A stretch of DNA of 64,000 nt from an uncultured Clostridiaceae bacterium (GTDB lineage: Bacteria; Bacillota; Clostridia; TANB77; CAG-465), in assembly GCA_947169155.1 (NCBI GenBank), contig CAMVON010000003.1:76285-140284 (forward strand), written 5' to 3'. Position 1 is the first letter of the stretch. Each line of letters opens with the position of its first letter. The notes below the pieces were generated by a model that did not search any database, was not told the origin of the DNA, and saw only the letters and a list, made by a program, of their open reading frames with translations. This document shows, one piece after another, positions 1 to 8,262 of this stretch. Made by a program: the position numbers and the translations under genes.

Positions 1-1
1 A

Positions 2-433
2 TTCTATGAAAAATCTGGTTATATGAGCTTTGCACCAGCAGATCTTTTTGATAAATACCTAAAAACAGGTGTTGGAGCTTATCCAATGATTGTAGATTAT
101 GAGAAGAGTATAATTGACCTTGCAAACTCAAATCCAGATGGATTTGCTCAAGTAAAGGATAAAATAAGAATATTATATCCAGTTCCAACAATTTGGAATT
201 CACATTGTATTGCAACATTAACAGAAAAAGGTAATACATACTTTGAAGCATTTTCAAATAAAGATATACAACAAATTGCATGGAATAAATATGGATTTAG
301 AACTGGTGTTACTGGTGGTAACTATGATGTAAGTAGTGTAGGAGTTGATGGACTACCACAATCAATTGATACTGCAGTATCAGGACTTAGAATCAATATT
401 TATAATAGATTAATAGAGTACTTAGGACAGTAA
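2..433 (+). CDS. C-terminal part of an uncharacterised protein; 5' end lies outside the window
   Basis: Frame of the 23..433 ORF stays open back to base 2 (..FYEKSGY precedes the first Met); stop at 431-433; no family recognised by eye; 15 nt upstream of the telA-like gene. Confidence 0.6.
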   Translation, partial: FYEKSGYMSFAPADLFDKYLKTGVGAYPMIVDYEKSIIDLANSNPDGFAQVKDKIRILYPVPTIWNSHCIATLTEKGNTYFEAFSNKDIQQIAWNKYGFRTGVTGGNYDVSSVGVDGLPQSIDTAVSGLRINIYNRLIEYLGQ

Positions 434-448
434 GGAGGATAAATAAGT

Positions 449-1627
449 ATGGAAAACGAAAACTTAGTATTAGAGGTAAAACCTGAAATCTCAACTGTAG
501 AGATTGAAAACGAGCTAGTAGCTCACAAAGCAGTTAGTGAAGAAGTAGTAGAAAATTCACTAAACTATGAAAAATTATCTGATGCAGAAAAAAATGCAAT
601 AGATGATTTTATTTCAAAAGTAGATGTTAAAGACACATCTGTAATTCTTGCATATGGTGCTAGTGCACAACAAGAAATTGCAAAATTCTCAGATGAAGTA
701 TTAACAAATGTTAGAACAAAAAATACAGGTGATGTAGGAGAACTTCTTACTGATCTAGTAGTAGAAATTAAAGATTTCGATAGTGCAACAGATGTAAACA
801 AACCAGCTGGTATATTTGGAATATTTAGTTCACTTAAAAAGAGAGTTGAAAAACTTCTTGCAAAATATGATAAAGTTAATAATAACATTGACAGAATTGA
901 AAAAAGACTAGAAGGACACAAAGTTCAAATGTTAAAAGATATTGCAATATTTGATGAAATGTATGATAAAAACTTAGATTCATTCAAACAAATATCTTTA
1001 TACATTATTGCTGGTGAGAAAAAACTTCAAGAATTAAAAGAAGTTGAACTTCCAAAATTACAAGCACAAGCACAAGAAAGTGGAGAACAAATTGATGCAC
1101 AAAAAGTTAATGACTTAATGGCTATCATTAACAGATTTGAGAAAAAACTATATGATTTAAAAACAACAAGAATTATCTCAATTCAAATGGCTCCACAAAT
1201 TAGAATGATTCAAAATAATGATTCAGAACTTGTAGAAAAGATTCAATCTTCAATTACAAATACTATTCCTCTATGGAAAAACCAAGTTGTTATTGCACTA
1301 GGACTAGCTAATGCAAAAACAGCTTTAAATACACAACAAGCTGTAACTGAAATTACTAACGAAATGTTAAAGAAAAATAGTGAAAACCTAAAACAAGGAA
1401 CTATTGAAATTGCAGCTGAAAGTGAAAAAGCAATTGTTGATGTTGAAACTCTTAAGAAAACAAACAGTGACATTATAGAAACTTTAGATGCTTTAATCAA
1501 AATACATGATGAAGGTGCTAAACAACGTAGTGAAGCTGAAATAGAACTACAAAAAATCGAAAAAGAATTAAAAGATAAACTTGTAGAAATAAGAGATCAA
1601 AAACAAGCTGAAGCTGTTGAAGAATAA
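449..1627 (+). CDS. telA: TelA/YaaN-family toxic anion resistance protein
   Basis: 392 aa; AAGGAGG RBS upstream of ATG 449; long all-helical coiled-coil-rich protein with TelA-type core (..LKDIAIFDEMYDKNLDSFKQISLYIIAGEKKL..); family recognised from memory. Confidence 0.85.
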   Translation: MENENLVLEVKPEISTVEIENELVAHKAVSEEVVENSLNYEKLSDAEKNAIDDFISKVDVKDTSVILAYGASAQQEIAKFSDEVLTNVRTKNTGDVGELLTDLVVEIKDFDSATDVNKPAGIFGIFSSLKKRVEKLLAKYDKVNNNIDRIEKRLEGHKVQMLKDIAIFDEMYDKNLDSFKQISLYIIAGEKKLQELKEVELPKLQAQAQESGEQIDAQKVNDLMAIINRFEKKLYDLKTTRIISIQMAPQIRMIQNNDSELVEKIQSSITNTIPLWKNQVVIALGLANAKTALNTQQAVTEITNEMLKKNSENLKQGTIEIAAESEKAIVDVETLKKTNSDIIETLDALIKIHDEGAKQRSEAEIELQKIEKELKDKLVEIRDQKQAEAVEE

Positions 1628-1642
1628 TTTAAACAAAAAAAG

Positions 1643-1670
1643 ATACGGGAATAAACATCCCGTATTTTTT
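1643..1670. terminator. Bidirectional rho-independent terminator between convergent telA and CNNM genes
   Basis: Stem ATACGGGA (1643-1650) / TCCCGTAT (1658-1665), A-run before and T-run after. Confidence 0.8.
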
Positions 1671-1675
1671 ATTTT

Positions 1676-2704
1676 CTATTCTAATGAATACTCATCAGTA
1701 AGATTACCAACAATTTCTTCTACAGCGTCTTTTAGTGTTATAACACCAGCCATTCTATTTTCATCTTTAACAATTACCATAGCTTGTTTTTCAGATTGCA
1801 TCATTCTAAAAATATCATCTATTTTATCATTTATATCAACAAAGTATGGTTGATGCATTGCTGTTTTGTAGTCTAATTTTCCATTTTGAGAATAGCGAAT
1901 TAATAGTTCTTTTACAACAAGTATTCCCACTATATTATCCATTCTATCTTTATATACAGGTATTCTAGAAAAATTACAGTTCTTGATAATATGAAGTAAA
2001 GCTTTCTCGCTTGTATATGTATCAATAGCTATAACTTTTTCACGTGGCGTCATAACTTTTTGAGCAGTTGTATCATCAAACTTGAATACTTTAAGAAGTA
2101 AATCTTCTTCTTCCATGTCTATTATACCTTCGCTTCTACCTCGAGATATAATAGATATTATCTCATTTTCTGTAATAGTATCATCAGTCTTCTTCTTTAT
2201 ACCTAAAAGCTTACATACAAAGTTTGTAGTTGCACTAAGTAGTATTACTATTGGATAAAATATCTTTTGAAAAATACTAATAGGTAGACTACAAGAATAT
2301 GCTACTTTTTGTGGAGAAGCAAGAGCTATTCTTTTTGGAACAAGTTCACCAAGTATTAATGTAAAGAAAGATAATACTAAAGTAACAAGTATAATTAGTA
2401 TTGTTTCAGTAGAAGAAAGACTAAGTGGAATAAGTGGAGCAACTACTTGTGCAAGTTTTTCAGCAAGAGTTTCTGCGGCAAAAGCACTAGACAAGAAACC
2501 AATTACTGTAATACTTATCTGTATAACTGCTAAAACATTACTTGAATTTTCTAATAATTTTTTAACTCTTTTTGCTTTTTTATTTTCTTGCTTAATATCA
2601 TTATCTAACTGGATTTTATTAATAGAAACAAATGCCATTTCAGCTGCTGAGAAAAATCCATTAATGAGTATTAAAACCAAAAGCAAAAGTATTTTTAATA
2701 CCAT
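1676..2704 (-). CDS. CNNM/DUF21 + CBS-pair membrane protein (hemolysin/CorB-like) lacking the C-terminal CorC_HlyC domain
   Basis: 342 aa from ATG 2704 (AAAGGA RBS; the 2755 start adds 17 aa with no RBS); DUF21 signature ..INGFFSAAEMAFVSINK..; CBS region ends ..AVEEIVGNLTDEY then stop. Confidence 0.85.
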   Translation of the reverse strand: MVLKILLLLVLILINGFFSAAEMAFVSINKIQLDNDIKQENKKAKRVKKLLENSSNVLAVIQISITVIGFLSSAFAAETLAEKLAQVVAPLIPLSLSSTETILIILVTLVLSFFTLILGELVPKRIALASPQKVAYSCSLPISIFQKIFYPIVILLSATTNFVCKLLGIKKKTDDTITENEIISIISRGRSEGIIDMEEEDLLLKVFKFDDTTAQKVMTPREKVIAIDTYTSEKALLHIIKNCNFSRIPVYKDRMDNIVGILVVKELLIRYSQNGKLDYKTAMHQPYFVDINDKIDDIFRMMQSEKQAMVIVKDENRMAGVITLKDAVEEIVGNLTDEYSLE

Positions 2705-2949
2705 ATAATCAACATCCTTTAATAATAAGTTATCATATATAATAAAAAAATACAATAAAAAATGGAAAATTAAAAATGAATAAAAATAATAATTTTTTAT
2801 GTTGAGTATTGAAAAATAAAATATAAACGAATAACATAATTACATAAGAAATAAAAAAGCAAGCAATGGTTCTTGATTTTTTATCAAAAGTATAGTATAA
2901 TACAAATAGTAAAAACGAACATAAATTTTTTTTAGTAAACAACCTCTAC

Positions 2950-2980
2950 GGGAAAAAGGATGCATTTTTAGTGCATCCTT
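2950..2980 (-). terminator. Rho-independent terminator of the pentapeptide/M23 operon
   Basis: Stem AAGGATGCA (2956-2964) / TGCATCCTT (2972-2980); on the minus strand it is followed by a T-run (complement of 2953-2957). Confidence 0.7.
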
Positions 2981-2986
2981 TGTTTT

Positions 2987-3766
2987 TTATTTTTGTATAA
3001 ACATTAATGGATCCATACCGCTAGACTCCTTAATATCTTTTCTAACAGCAAAATGTAAATGTGAATGTTCGTCATTCATTACATTTTGTACATTGTCTTT
3101 TCCACTTATTGTTCCAATTACTTGGTATTGAGATAAATATTGACCAACATATACATAAGTAGTGTTAAGATTTGCATAGTATGTATAAATTGTATAGTCT
3201 TTAATAACATGTTTAACTAACACATAGTTGCCATGCTTTGAATCATTTCCAACATCAACTACAACACCATAATTTGCACACATTACTTCTTGTCCGTTAT
3301 ATCCGTTTAAATCTACTCCATTATGAGCAAAATCATATGGCTTATTTAGTGTTGAATCTGAAAGGGGATTAATTAATGTGCCTTTTAAGTCTTTATAGTA
3401 GTTATAACTTGTATAATATACTATATTACTCCATAGGTCAAATTTTAAGTCAAAATTAAGTGAATTTGAATCATCTTGCATAGCATAATACATTCTTTTT
3501 TCATCTAGTTTAGCTTTTAAAAATGTTATTGGCTTAAAAACCCATACAAGAAGTACAATTAGTAGCACAGCTATTAATTTACCTGTATATTTAGATTTTG
3601 GCTTTGTAGAAGCAATAAAATCATCAACTTTTGAGTTATGTTTGTTTATTCTAAATTTTTCTTTCTTTTCTGTTTTATCTTTTTTTATCTTACTAACTGC
3701 ATTATTTTCTTTAGGACTTTGAGTGTAATCTGGCTCAACTCCAATATACTTAATATCGTCTGCCAT
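2987..3766 (-). CDS. Membrane-anchored M23/LytM-family peptidase
   Basis: 259 aa; Lys-rich N-terminus, one TM helix, C-terminal M23 motifs HNGVDL .. GNYVLVKH .. HLHFAV. Confidence 0.85.
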   Translation of the reverse strand: MADDIKYIGVEPDYTQSPKENNAVSKIKKDKTEKKEKFRINKHNSKVDDFIASTKPKSKYTGKLIAVLLIVLLVWVFKPITFLKAKLDEKRMYYAMQDDSNSLNFDLKFDLWSNIVYYTSYNYYKDLKGTLINPLSDSTLNKPYDFAHNGVDLNGYNGQEVMCANYGVVVDVGNDSKHGNYVLVKHVIKDYTIYTYYANLNTTYVYVGQYLSQYQVIGTISGKDNVQNVMNDEHSHLHFAVRKDIKESSGMDPLMFIQK

Positions 3767-4398
3767 TATTCTTTAACAACAATACCTAAAAGTTTAACAA
3801 AGGCAAGGCTTTGTGAACCTGTAAGTATTACTCCTTTAATATCTTTTGGATAAACAGTAATTCCAGATATTTCACTATCTCTTAAATCTAGTCCTGAAAG
3901 TTTTGTATCGCTTAAGTTTGCAAAACTTAAGTCTGAGTTAGTAATCTCTAAGTTTTTATGTTTTACATCTGTAAAGTTAGAATATCTCAAAGATGAGTTA
4001 GATATATCTACATAGTTCATTGAACTATTATCTAATACAATATCATTTAACACACAATCTTCAAATTTAACATTATCTAAATATGATGAAGTAGCTATTG
4101 CTCCTGTTAATTTAGAATTTTTAAATAGTACTCTTTTGAAAGTAGATTTTTCAAAATTAATTCCTGTTAAATCACAAGAATCAAAAACTACATCTTCAAC
4201 TTCACATTTTGGAAGTATAGTACCGCTAAATTTAACATTTTTAAAATAACTTTTAGAAATAATCACTTCATCTAATTCAAAATTTGCTATTTCTTCATTT
4301 TGTATTCTGCAGCTATCTATTTTGTCTGAATATTTAAGATAGCCAGTAGGATCAAAAAGAACATCTAGCTCTATAGGAAGTCTTGGTCCTGAAAGCAT
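3766..4398 (-). CDS. Pentapeptide-repeat protein
   Basis: 210 aa made almost entirely of tandem pentapeptide repeats (..SNSDLSFANLSDTKLSGLDLRDSEISG..); its TAA overlaps the ATG of the M23 gene by 1 nt (TAATG at 3764-3768, minus strand). Confidence 0.85.
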   Translation of the reverse strand: MLSGPRLPIELDVLFDPTGYLKYSDKIDSCRIQNEEIANFELDEVIISKSYFKNVKFSGTILPKCEVEDVVFDSCDLTGINFEKSTFKRVLFKNSKLTGAIATSSYLDNVKFEDCVLNDIVLDNSSMNYVDISNSSLRYSNFTDVKHKNLEITNSDLSFANLSDTKLSGLDLRDSEISGITVYPKDIKGVILTGSQSLAFVKLLGIVVKE

Positions 4399-4540
4399 TT
4401 TGTTTTCCCCCTTTAGATATTATAAGTATATAGACTTGTTTACGTTTTGTCAAATAATAATAAAAATATTTTAAAAGTGTGGAAATAATTTATTATTTGG
4501 TATATAATCAAAAAAAAGATTGCATATTTAGGGGGAAAAT

Positions 4541-5422
4541 ATGGAACTAAATCAAAAGGTTGAAAATATGCTGACACCGGAACAAAAAGCAAATTTTCAA
4601 AAAGATAATGGGAAGTTCAAATTACTAAATCAAATAGTAATAATACCAATTATCACAACACTTTTGGGAATCTATTTAGAAAACTTTATTATAGTTGGTG
4701 TATCAATTGCACTAATTATAGCATTTCTAGTACTAAAAACGTACTCATTTACACACAGAAATTTAGTATATGAAAAAGAGATAATTCCTATAGTATTAAA
4801 TGAAATATTTGAAGATGTGTTATGCATGGACAAAGATGAAGAAATTAAAGAAAACTTTAAAAAATCAAATCTTGTTGATGATTATGACAAGTTAAAAGTA
4901 GACAGAACAGTAGTTATTAGACAACCAAATTACGTTGTTAATGTGTCAAAGATAAATATATTGTCAGAAAGCATTGAAGAAAATGATGGAGTAGTAGATA
5001 AAGAAATAGAAGATAAAATGAGTGGCTTATTTGCATATACAAGACTGCCTTCTAAATCATTAATAGATTACAAAGTATTAAGAAAAGGGTTAAATGCATC
5101 GCTAGATGATTTAATTAAAATTCCAAATATAGATTTTGATAGAACATATGATGTATATGCAAAAAGTCCAGTGGAAGTAAGAAATATTTTGTCTTATGGT
5201 GTTATGGCAAGAATTCTAGATTTTGATGCTGAACTTGGAAAAATAATAAGTTTTTCAATAGTTGAGGATATGTTATATATAGCAATAGATTATCCAAAGT
5301 TTTTAGAATTTAAAGGAAAAGGTAGAACATTTATTATTGAGTCTCAAGCTCAAGAAGATTTAAGAGAACTTGAAATATTAGATATGTTTATTACATACAT
5401 AATGAATATGTATGAAAGATAG
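4541..5422 (+). CDS. Two-TM membrane protein, DUF3137-like (tentative)
   Basis: 293 aa; GGGGGA RBS; two N-terminal TM helices; C-terminal half (..IDFDRTYDVYAKSPVEVRNILSYGVMARILDF..LYIAIDYP..) resembles DUF3137 proteins from memory. Confidence 0.6.
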   Translation: MELNQKVENMLTPEQKANFQKDNGKFKLLNQIVIIPIITTLLGIYLENFIIVGVSIALIIAFLVLKTYSFTHRNLVYEKEIIPIVLNEIFEDVLCMDKDEEIKENFKKSNLVDDYDKLKVDRTVVIRQPNYVVNVSKINILSESIEENDGVVDKEIEDKMSGLFAYTRLPSKSLIDYKVLRKGLNASLDDLIKIPNIDFDRTYDVYAKSPVEVRNILSYGVMARILDFDAELGKIISFSIVEDMLYIAIDYPKFLEFKGKGRTFIIESQAQEDLRELEILDMFITYIMNMYER

Positions 5423-5423
5423 A

Positions 5424-5460
5424 ATAAGACTATTAGTACAAATAATAGCCTTATTTTTTT
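5424..5460 (+). terminator. Rho-independent terminator
   Basis: Imperfect stem ATAAGACTATTA (5424-5435) / TAATAGCCTTAT (5443-5454) followed by a T-run. Confidence 0.6.
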
Positions 5461-5618
5461 GCACTAAAATTACAACATAAATTCTAAAAAAACGCTAAAT
5501 ATAAATAAAAATAGACAAAATGAAATAATAAATAAATATTAATGTTAACAATAAAATATTAATACCAAATGTTATTAATATAAAGATTTTATCTTGAATT
5601 TAATTAAAAATAGCTATA

Positions 5619-5648
5619 TTGCATTATTAATAAATATAATGCTATAAT
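5619..5648 (+). promoter_or_regulatory. Sigma-A type promoter
   Basis: TTGCAT (5619-5624), 18-nt spacer, TATAAT (5643-5648); 30 nt upstream of the ATG at 5678. Confidence 0.5.
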
Positions 5649-5677
5649 TTTGGTGTAATTAAATAGGAGGAAAATTT

Positions 5678-6967
5678 ATGTATTGTTCAAAATGTGGAAA
5701 TGAAATTAAAGATGGTTATCTTTTTTGCGATAAATGTGGAACCAAAGTAGAAATACCAGAAGCTCCTCAATTAGAAAAAGAACCAGTTAATACTACTCAT
5801 GAAGAAGTAGTAGAAGAGGTTACTCCAAAACAAGAGGGAGTAAGCGAGGAAAGACTAGATGAAATACTTAGTATGCTAGATGAAGAAAAAGTAGAGGAGA
5901 AAGTTGAAGAAACTGTAACTCCTGCAGTAGAAGAGAAAAAAGAGGAAGTTAGCCAAGAAAGAGTAGACCAAATATTAGGAATGCTAAATGAAAAAGAGGA
6001 TGTTAAAATTGAAGAACCTGTTATAACTCAAGAATCAACTCCAGTGGTAGAACCTCAACCAGTTCAACAAACAGTTATACAAGAACCTGTAGCGACAACT
6101 ATTGTACCAGAGACAAACAGAGTAGCAACAGAGGTTGTTTCAAAACCTGTTACTCCAAAAGTTGAACAACCAAAATCAACAGATGTAAAAAATGATTCAC
6201 CACTAGGCTTAATTTCAATGATCATTGGATTACTTTGTATACCTTTGGCAGTATTTATTAAACTATGGGTTATTCCAATAGCTATTGCAGGTATAATAAT
6301 TGGTGCATGTCACAAAGGAAAAGATGGAAAAAAGACAGCAGGTATAGCATTGAGTGCAGCAAGTATTCCAATTGCAGTTATTGTTGCAATTATTGCAGGA
6401 ATCTTTGGACTTGTTGGAGGACTATTTAACCTTGCAAGTGATACTATAAAAGAAGAAATAAAAATTCAAAATCAAGTGGAAACTAAATCACTTGTATATA
6501 GTGGCGATGGCTATACACTAAATTATGATTCAAAATGGAGAGCTACAACTGAAAGCGAAACTTATGAAGATGCCTTAGAATATAAAAATCAAAAAGATTA
6601 TCTTGTCCCAATAGATGTTACTACATTTTCTGATATTGATGAATTTAAAGATTTAGATATTTCAACAAAAGAAGGAAGAAATAAAATTTATTCTGATTTT
6701 TCTGAATACTGGATTGAAGATCAAGAAGATGAAGATACAATTGTAAAAGAAGGATCTCAATTTAAATTATTAAAAGATGATATTTATTATGCAACATTTG
6801 AATATGAAAATGTTGAAAATGATATGACAGGGCATTATATTCTTATGATTTCTAAAAAATCAAATGTATTTATTACTATGGCTACAATATGCTCAACAGA
6901 AGATTTAGATGATTTTATGGATGAAGTTATAAAAATACTAAAAACAATAGAAATTGATGAGCGTTAA
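5678..6967 (+). CDS. Zinc-ribbon membrane protein with acidic repeat region
   Basis: 429 aa; AGGAGG RBS; N-terminal CxxC..CxxC zinc ribbon (YCSKCGNEIKDGYLFCDKCG); Glu/Val/Pro-rich linker with two copies of a VS(E/Q)ER(L/V)D(E/Q)IL(S/G)ML module; three TM helices; C-terminal globular domain. Confidence 0.7.
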   Translation: MYCSKCGNEIKDGYLFCDKCGTKVEIPEAPQLEKEPVNTTHEEVVEEVTPKQEGVSEERLDEILSMLDEEKVEEKVEETVTPAVEEKKEEVSQERVDQILGMLNEKEDVKIEEPVITQESTPVVEPQPVQQTVIQEPVATTIVPETNRVATEVVSKPVTPKVEQPKSTDVKNDSPLGLISMIIGLLCIPLAVFIKLWVIPIAIAGIIIGACHKGKDGKKTAGIALSAASIPIAVIVAIIAGIFGLVGGLFNLASDTIKEEIKIQNQVETKSLVYSGDGYTLNYDSKWRATTESETYEDALEYKNQKDYLVPIDVTTFSDIDEFKDLDISTKEGRNKIYSDFSEYWIEDQEDEDTIVKEGSQFKLLKDDIYYATFEYENVENDMTGHYILMISKKSNVFITMATICSTEDLDDFMDEVIKILKTIEIDER

Positions 6968-7011
6968 GATATACTAATAATTCATTTGAACAATATTTAA
7001 ACATAAAAAAA

Positions 7012-7050
7012 GAGGATATTAGAATCAAATCTAATATCCTTTTATTTTTT
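7012..7050. terminator. Bidirectional rho-independent terminator
   Basis: Stem AGGATATTAGA / TCTAATATCCT (7012-7040) flanked by an A-run and a T-run; lies between convergent genes. Confidence 0.8.
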
Positions 7051-7066
7051 AGTTTAATGTATGTAA

Positions 7067-7630
7067 CTATTTTTCTTTCTTTTTAAAACTAAAAATTCCT
7101 AAGACTTTTGTAAATCTATCAACTATTTTATTACTATGAGCTTGAGCAACAAGTTTAAATTGTGCTTTACCACCAATTGTTAATGATGCAACTAATGCTG
7201 AAATGATTACTTGCATATTAATTGGTAAGTTATATCTTTCAGTAATTTTTAATGCAATTATTGTACCTACGGCACCACTTATGATACCACATACGTCACC
7301 AATTACGTCGGCACATATACTAGATACTTTAGGAGCATTTCTAATAAGTTTTATAGAAGTTTTAGCTCCATCTAATTTTCTACTTGCTTTAGAATGGAAT
7401 TCTTTTTCCTCAGCATAGTTAACAGCCATGGAAATCATATCAAAAAGAATACCAAGAGCTATAACAAGTAATAATACTAAAATTGCAATAGGTATAGGTA
7501 GTATATTTACTGTCTCAGTTGCAATAAATGAGAAAACAATTGATAGTATAAATGATAAAAGCGACACTGTCGCTACCCATTTACCAGTCGAACTGTTATC
7601 TTTCTCATCTTTTGAATCTTTCGATTTCAT
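7067..7630 (-). CDS. oapA: OapA-like four-TM membrane protein (OLE-associated protein A)
   Basis: 187 aa from ATG 7630 (AGGGGAGA RBS 10 nt upstream; the 7657 TTG start has no RBS); about 21 kDa; four predicted TM helices; DxxxD motif in ..ICADVIGDVCG..; immediately downstream of the large structured RNA. Confidence 0.65.
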   Translation of the reverse strand: MKSKDSKDEKDNSSTGKWVATVSLLSFILSIVFSFIATETVNILPIPIAILVLLLVIALGILFDMISMAVNYAEEKEFHSKASRKLDGAKTSIKLIRNAPKVSSICADVIGDVCGIISGAVGTIIALKITERYNLPINMQVIISALVASLTIGGKAQFKLVAQAHSNKIVDRFTKVLGIFSFKKKEK

Positions 7631-7659
7631 ATTTATATTATCTCCCCTTAAAAGCAATA

Positions 7660-8256
7660 ATAAGATGGTGATTTCTTAAGTAAATACTATGGTTTAGGTC
7701 CAGTAGAATTTCTCTGCAATCTACTAACCATTGCTAGTTAGCCGTTTCCGTTTAAAGACAACACATGGAGGTTACCCTTACCATGAACTGGATCGCCACT
7801 TAAATCCATACTTTAATCCTTAAAAAATCTTATCCTTTTGGACAAACATCCTAGAAGTTTTCCTTTGGTGTGCACTGTACAATTACTAGTCTCTTTTGCA
7901 GTGTAAATTTCATTACCAGATATCAACTTATAATTGGCCACATATAAGTTCATACCTTTTTAACGGGTAAATCCCAATAACACCACTCAAGACAGGCTAC
8001 GCTACATATTGTGTCTTGGCACGCAATGTAGGGTTTTACTAATTGTGTCTATCATCATATTTAGAACTTTTAGCCTCAGCGAAAATAGGATGCGGTATTA
8101 TATGCCATTATAATCTACTCCTAAATTCTTTACTCCCAGACCACACGCAAAACTGGGCGTTTCGCGCATCGACCAGAAACTTCAACGGTATGCCTACTAG
8201 TGGATTTTTAGCCCCACCCTCGTAAAAGTTCGTGCAACTAGAATAATGCACCATCA
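7660..8256 (-). ncRNA. ole: OLE (ornate, large, extremophilic) RNA candidate
   Basis: About 600 nt with no credible ORF; GC-enriched relative to flanks; consensus promoter just upstream; numerous helices on the minus strand (GTGCA/TGCAC, CTACAT/ATGTAG, ACTTATA/TATAAGT, CACTG/CAGTG, CTAAC/GTTAG nested within ATGGTT/AACCAT); followed by an oapA-like gene. Boundaries are approximate and no covariance model was run. Confidence 0.6.
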
Positions 8257-8262
8257 CATATT

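Noticed and set aside
565-1500. Antisense ORFs 565..921 and 1243..1500 within telA
   Set aside because: These are shadow ORFs on the opposite strand of a well-supported gene. They are Ser/Phe/Ile-rich and low-complexity, and they have no RBS.
2733-2942. 69-aa minus-strand ORF in the AT-rich gap upstream of the CNNM gene
   Set aside because: It is a Phe/Ile/Tyr-rich translation of promoter-like AT-rich DNA. It has no RBS and overlaps the more likely 5' region of the CNNM gene.
8043-8225. 60-aa + strand ORF inside the GC-rich region
   Set aside because: It has no RBS. It lies antisense within the structured RNA candidate. Its composition reflects RNA-like GC content, not the codon usage of neighbouring genes.
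7660-8256. Alternative identities for the large non-coding region: tmRNA, RNase P RNA, group II intron, riboswitch leader
   Set aside because: On either strand I could find no tRNA-like acceptor end or tag-peptide reading frame (..ALAA-stop). I could not find the RNase P P4-type GAGGAAAGTCC-like core, or a GTGYG 5' end with a domain V hairpin. About 600 nt is far too long for a riboswitch. The linkage to a 4-TM DxxxD protein fits OLE best, but only a covariance-model search can settle it.
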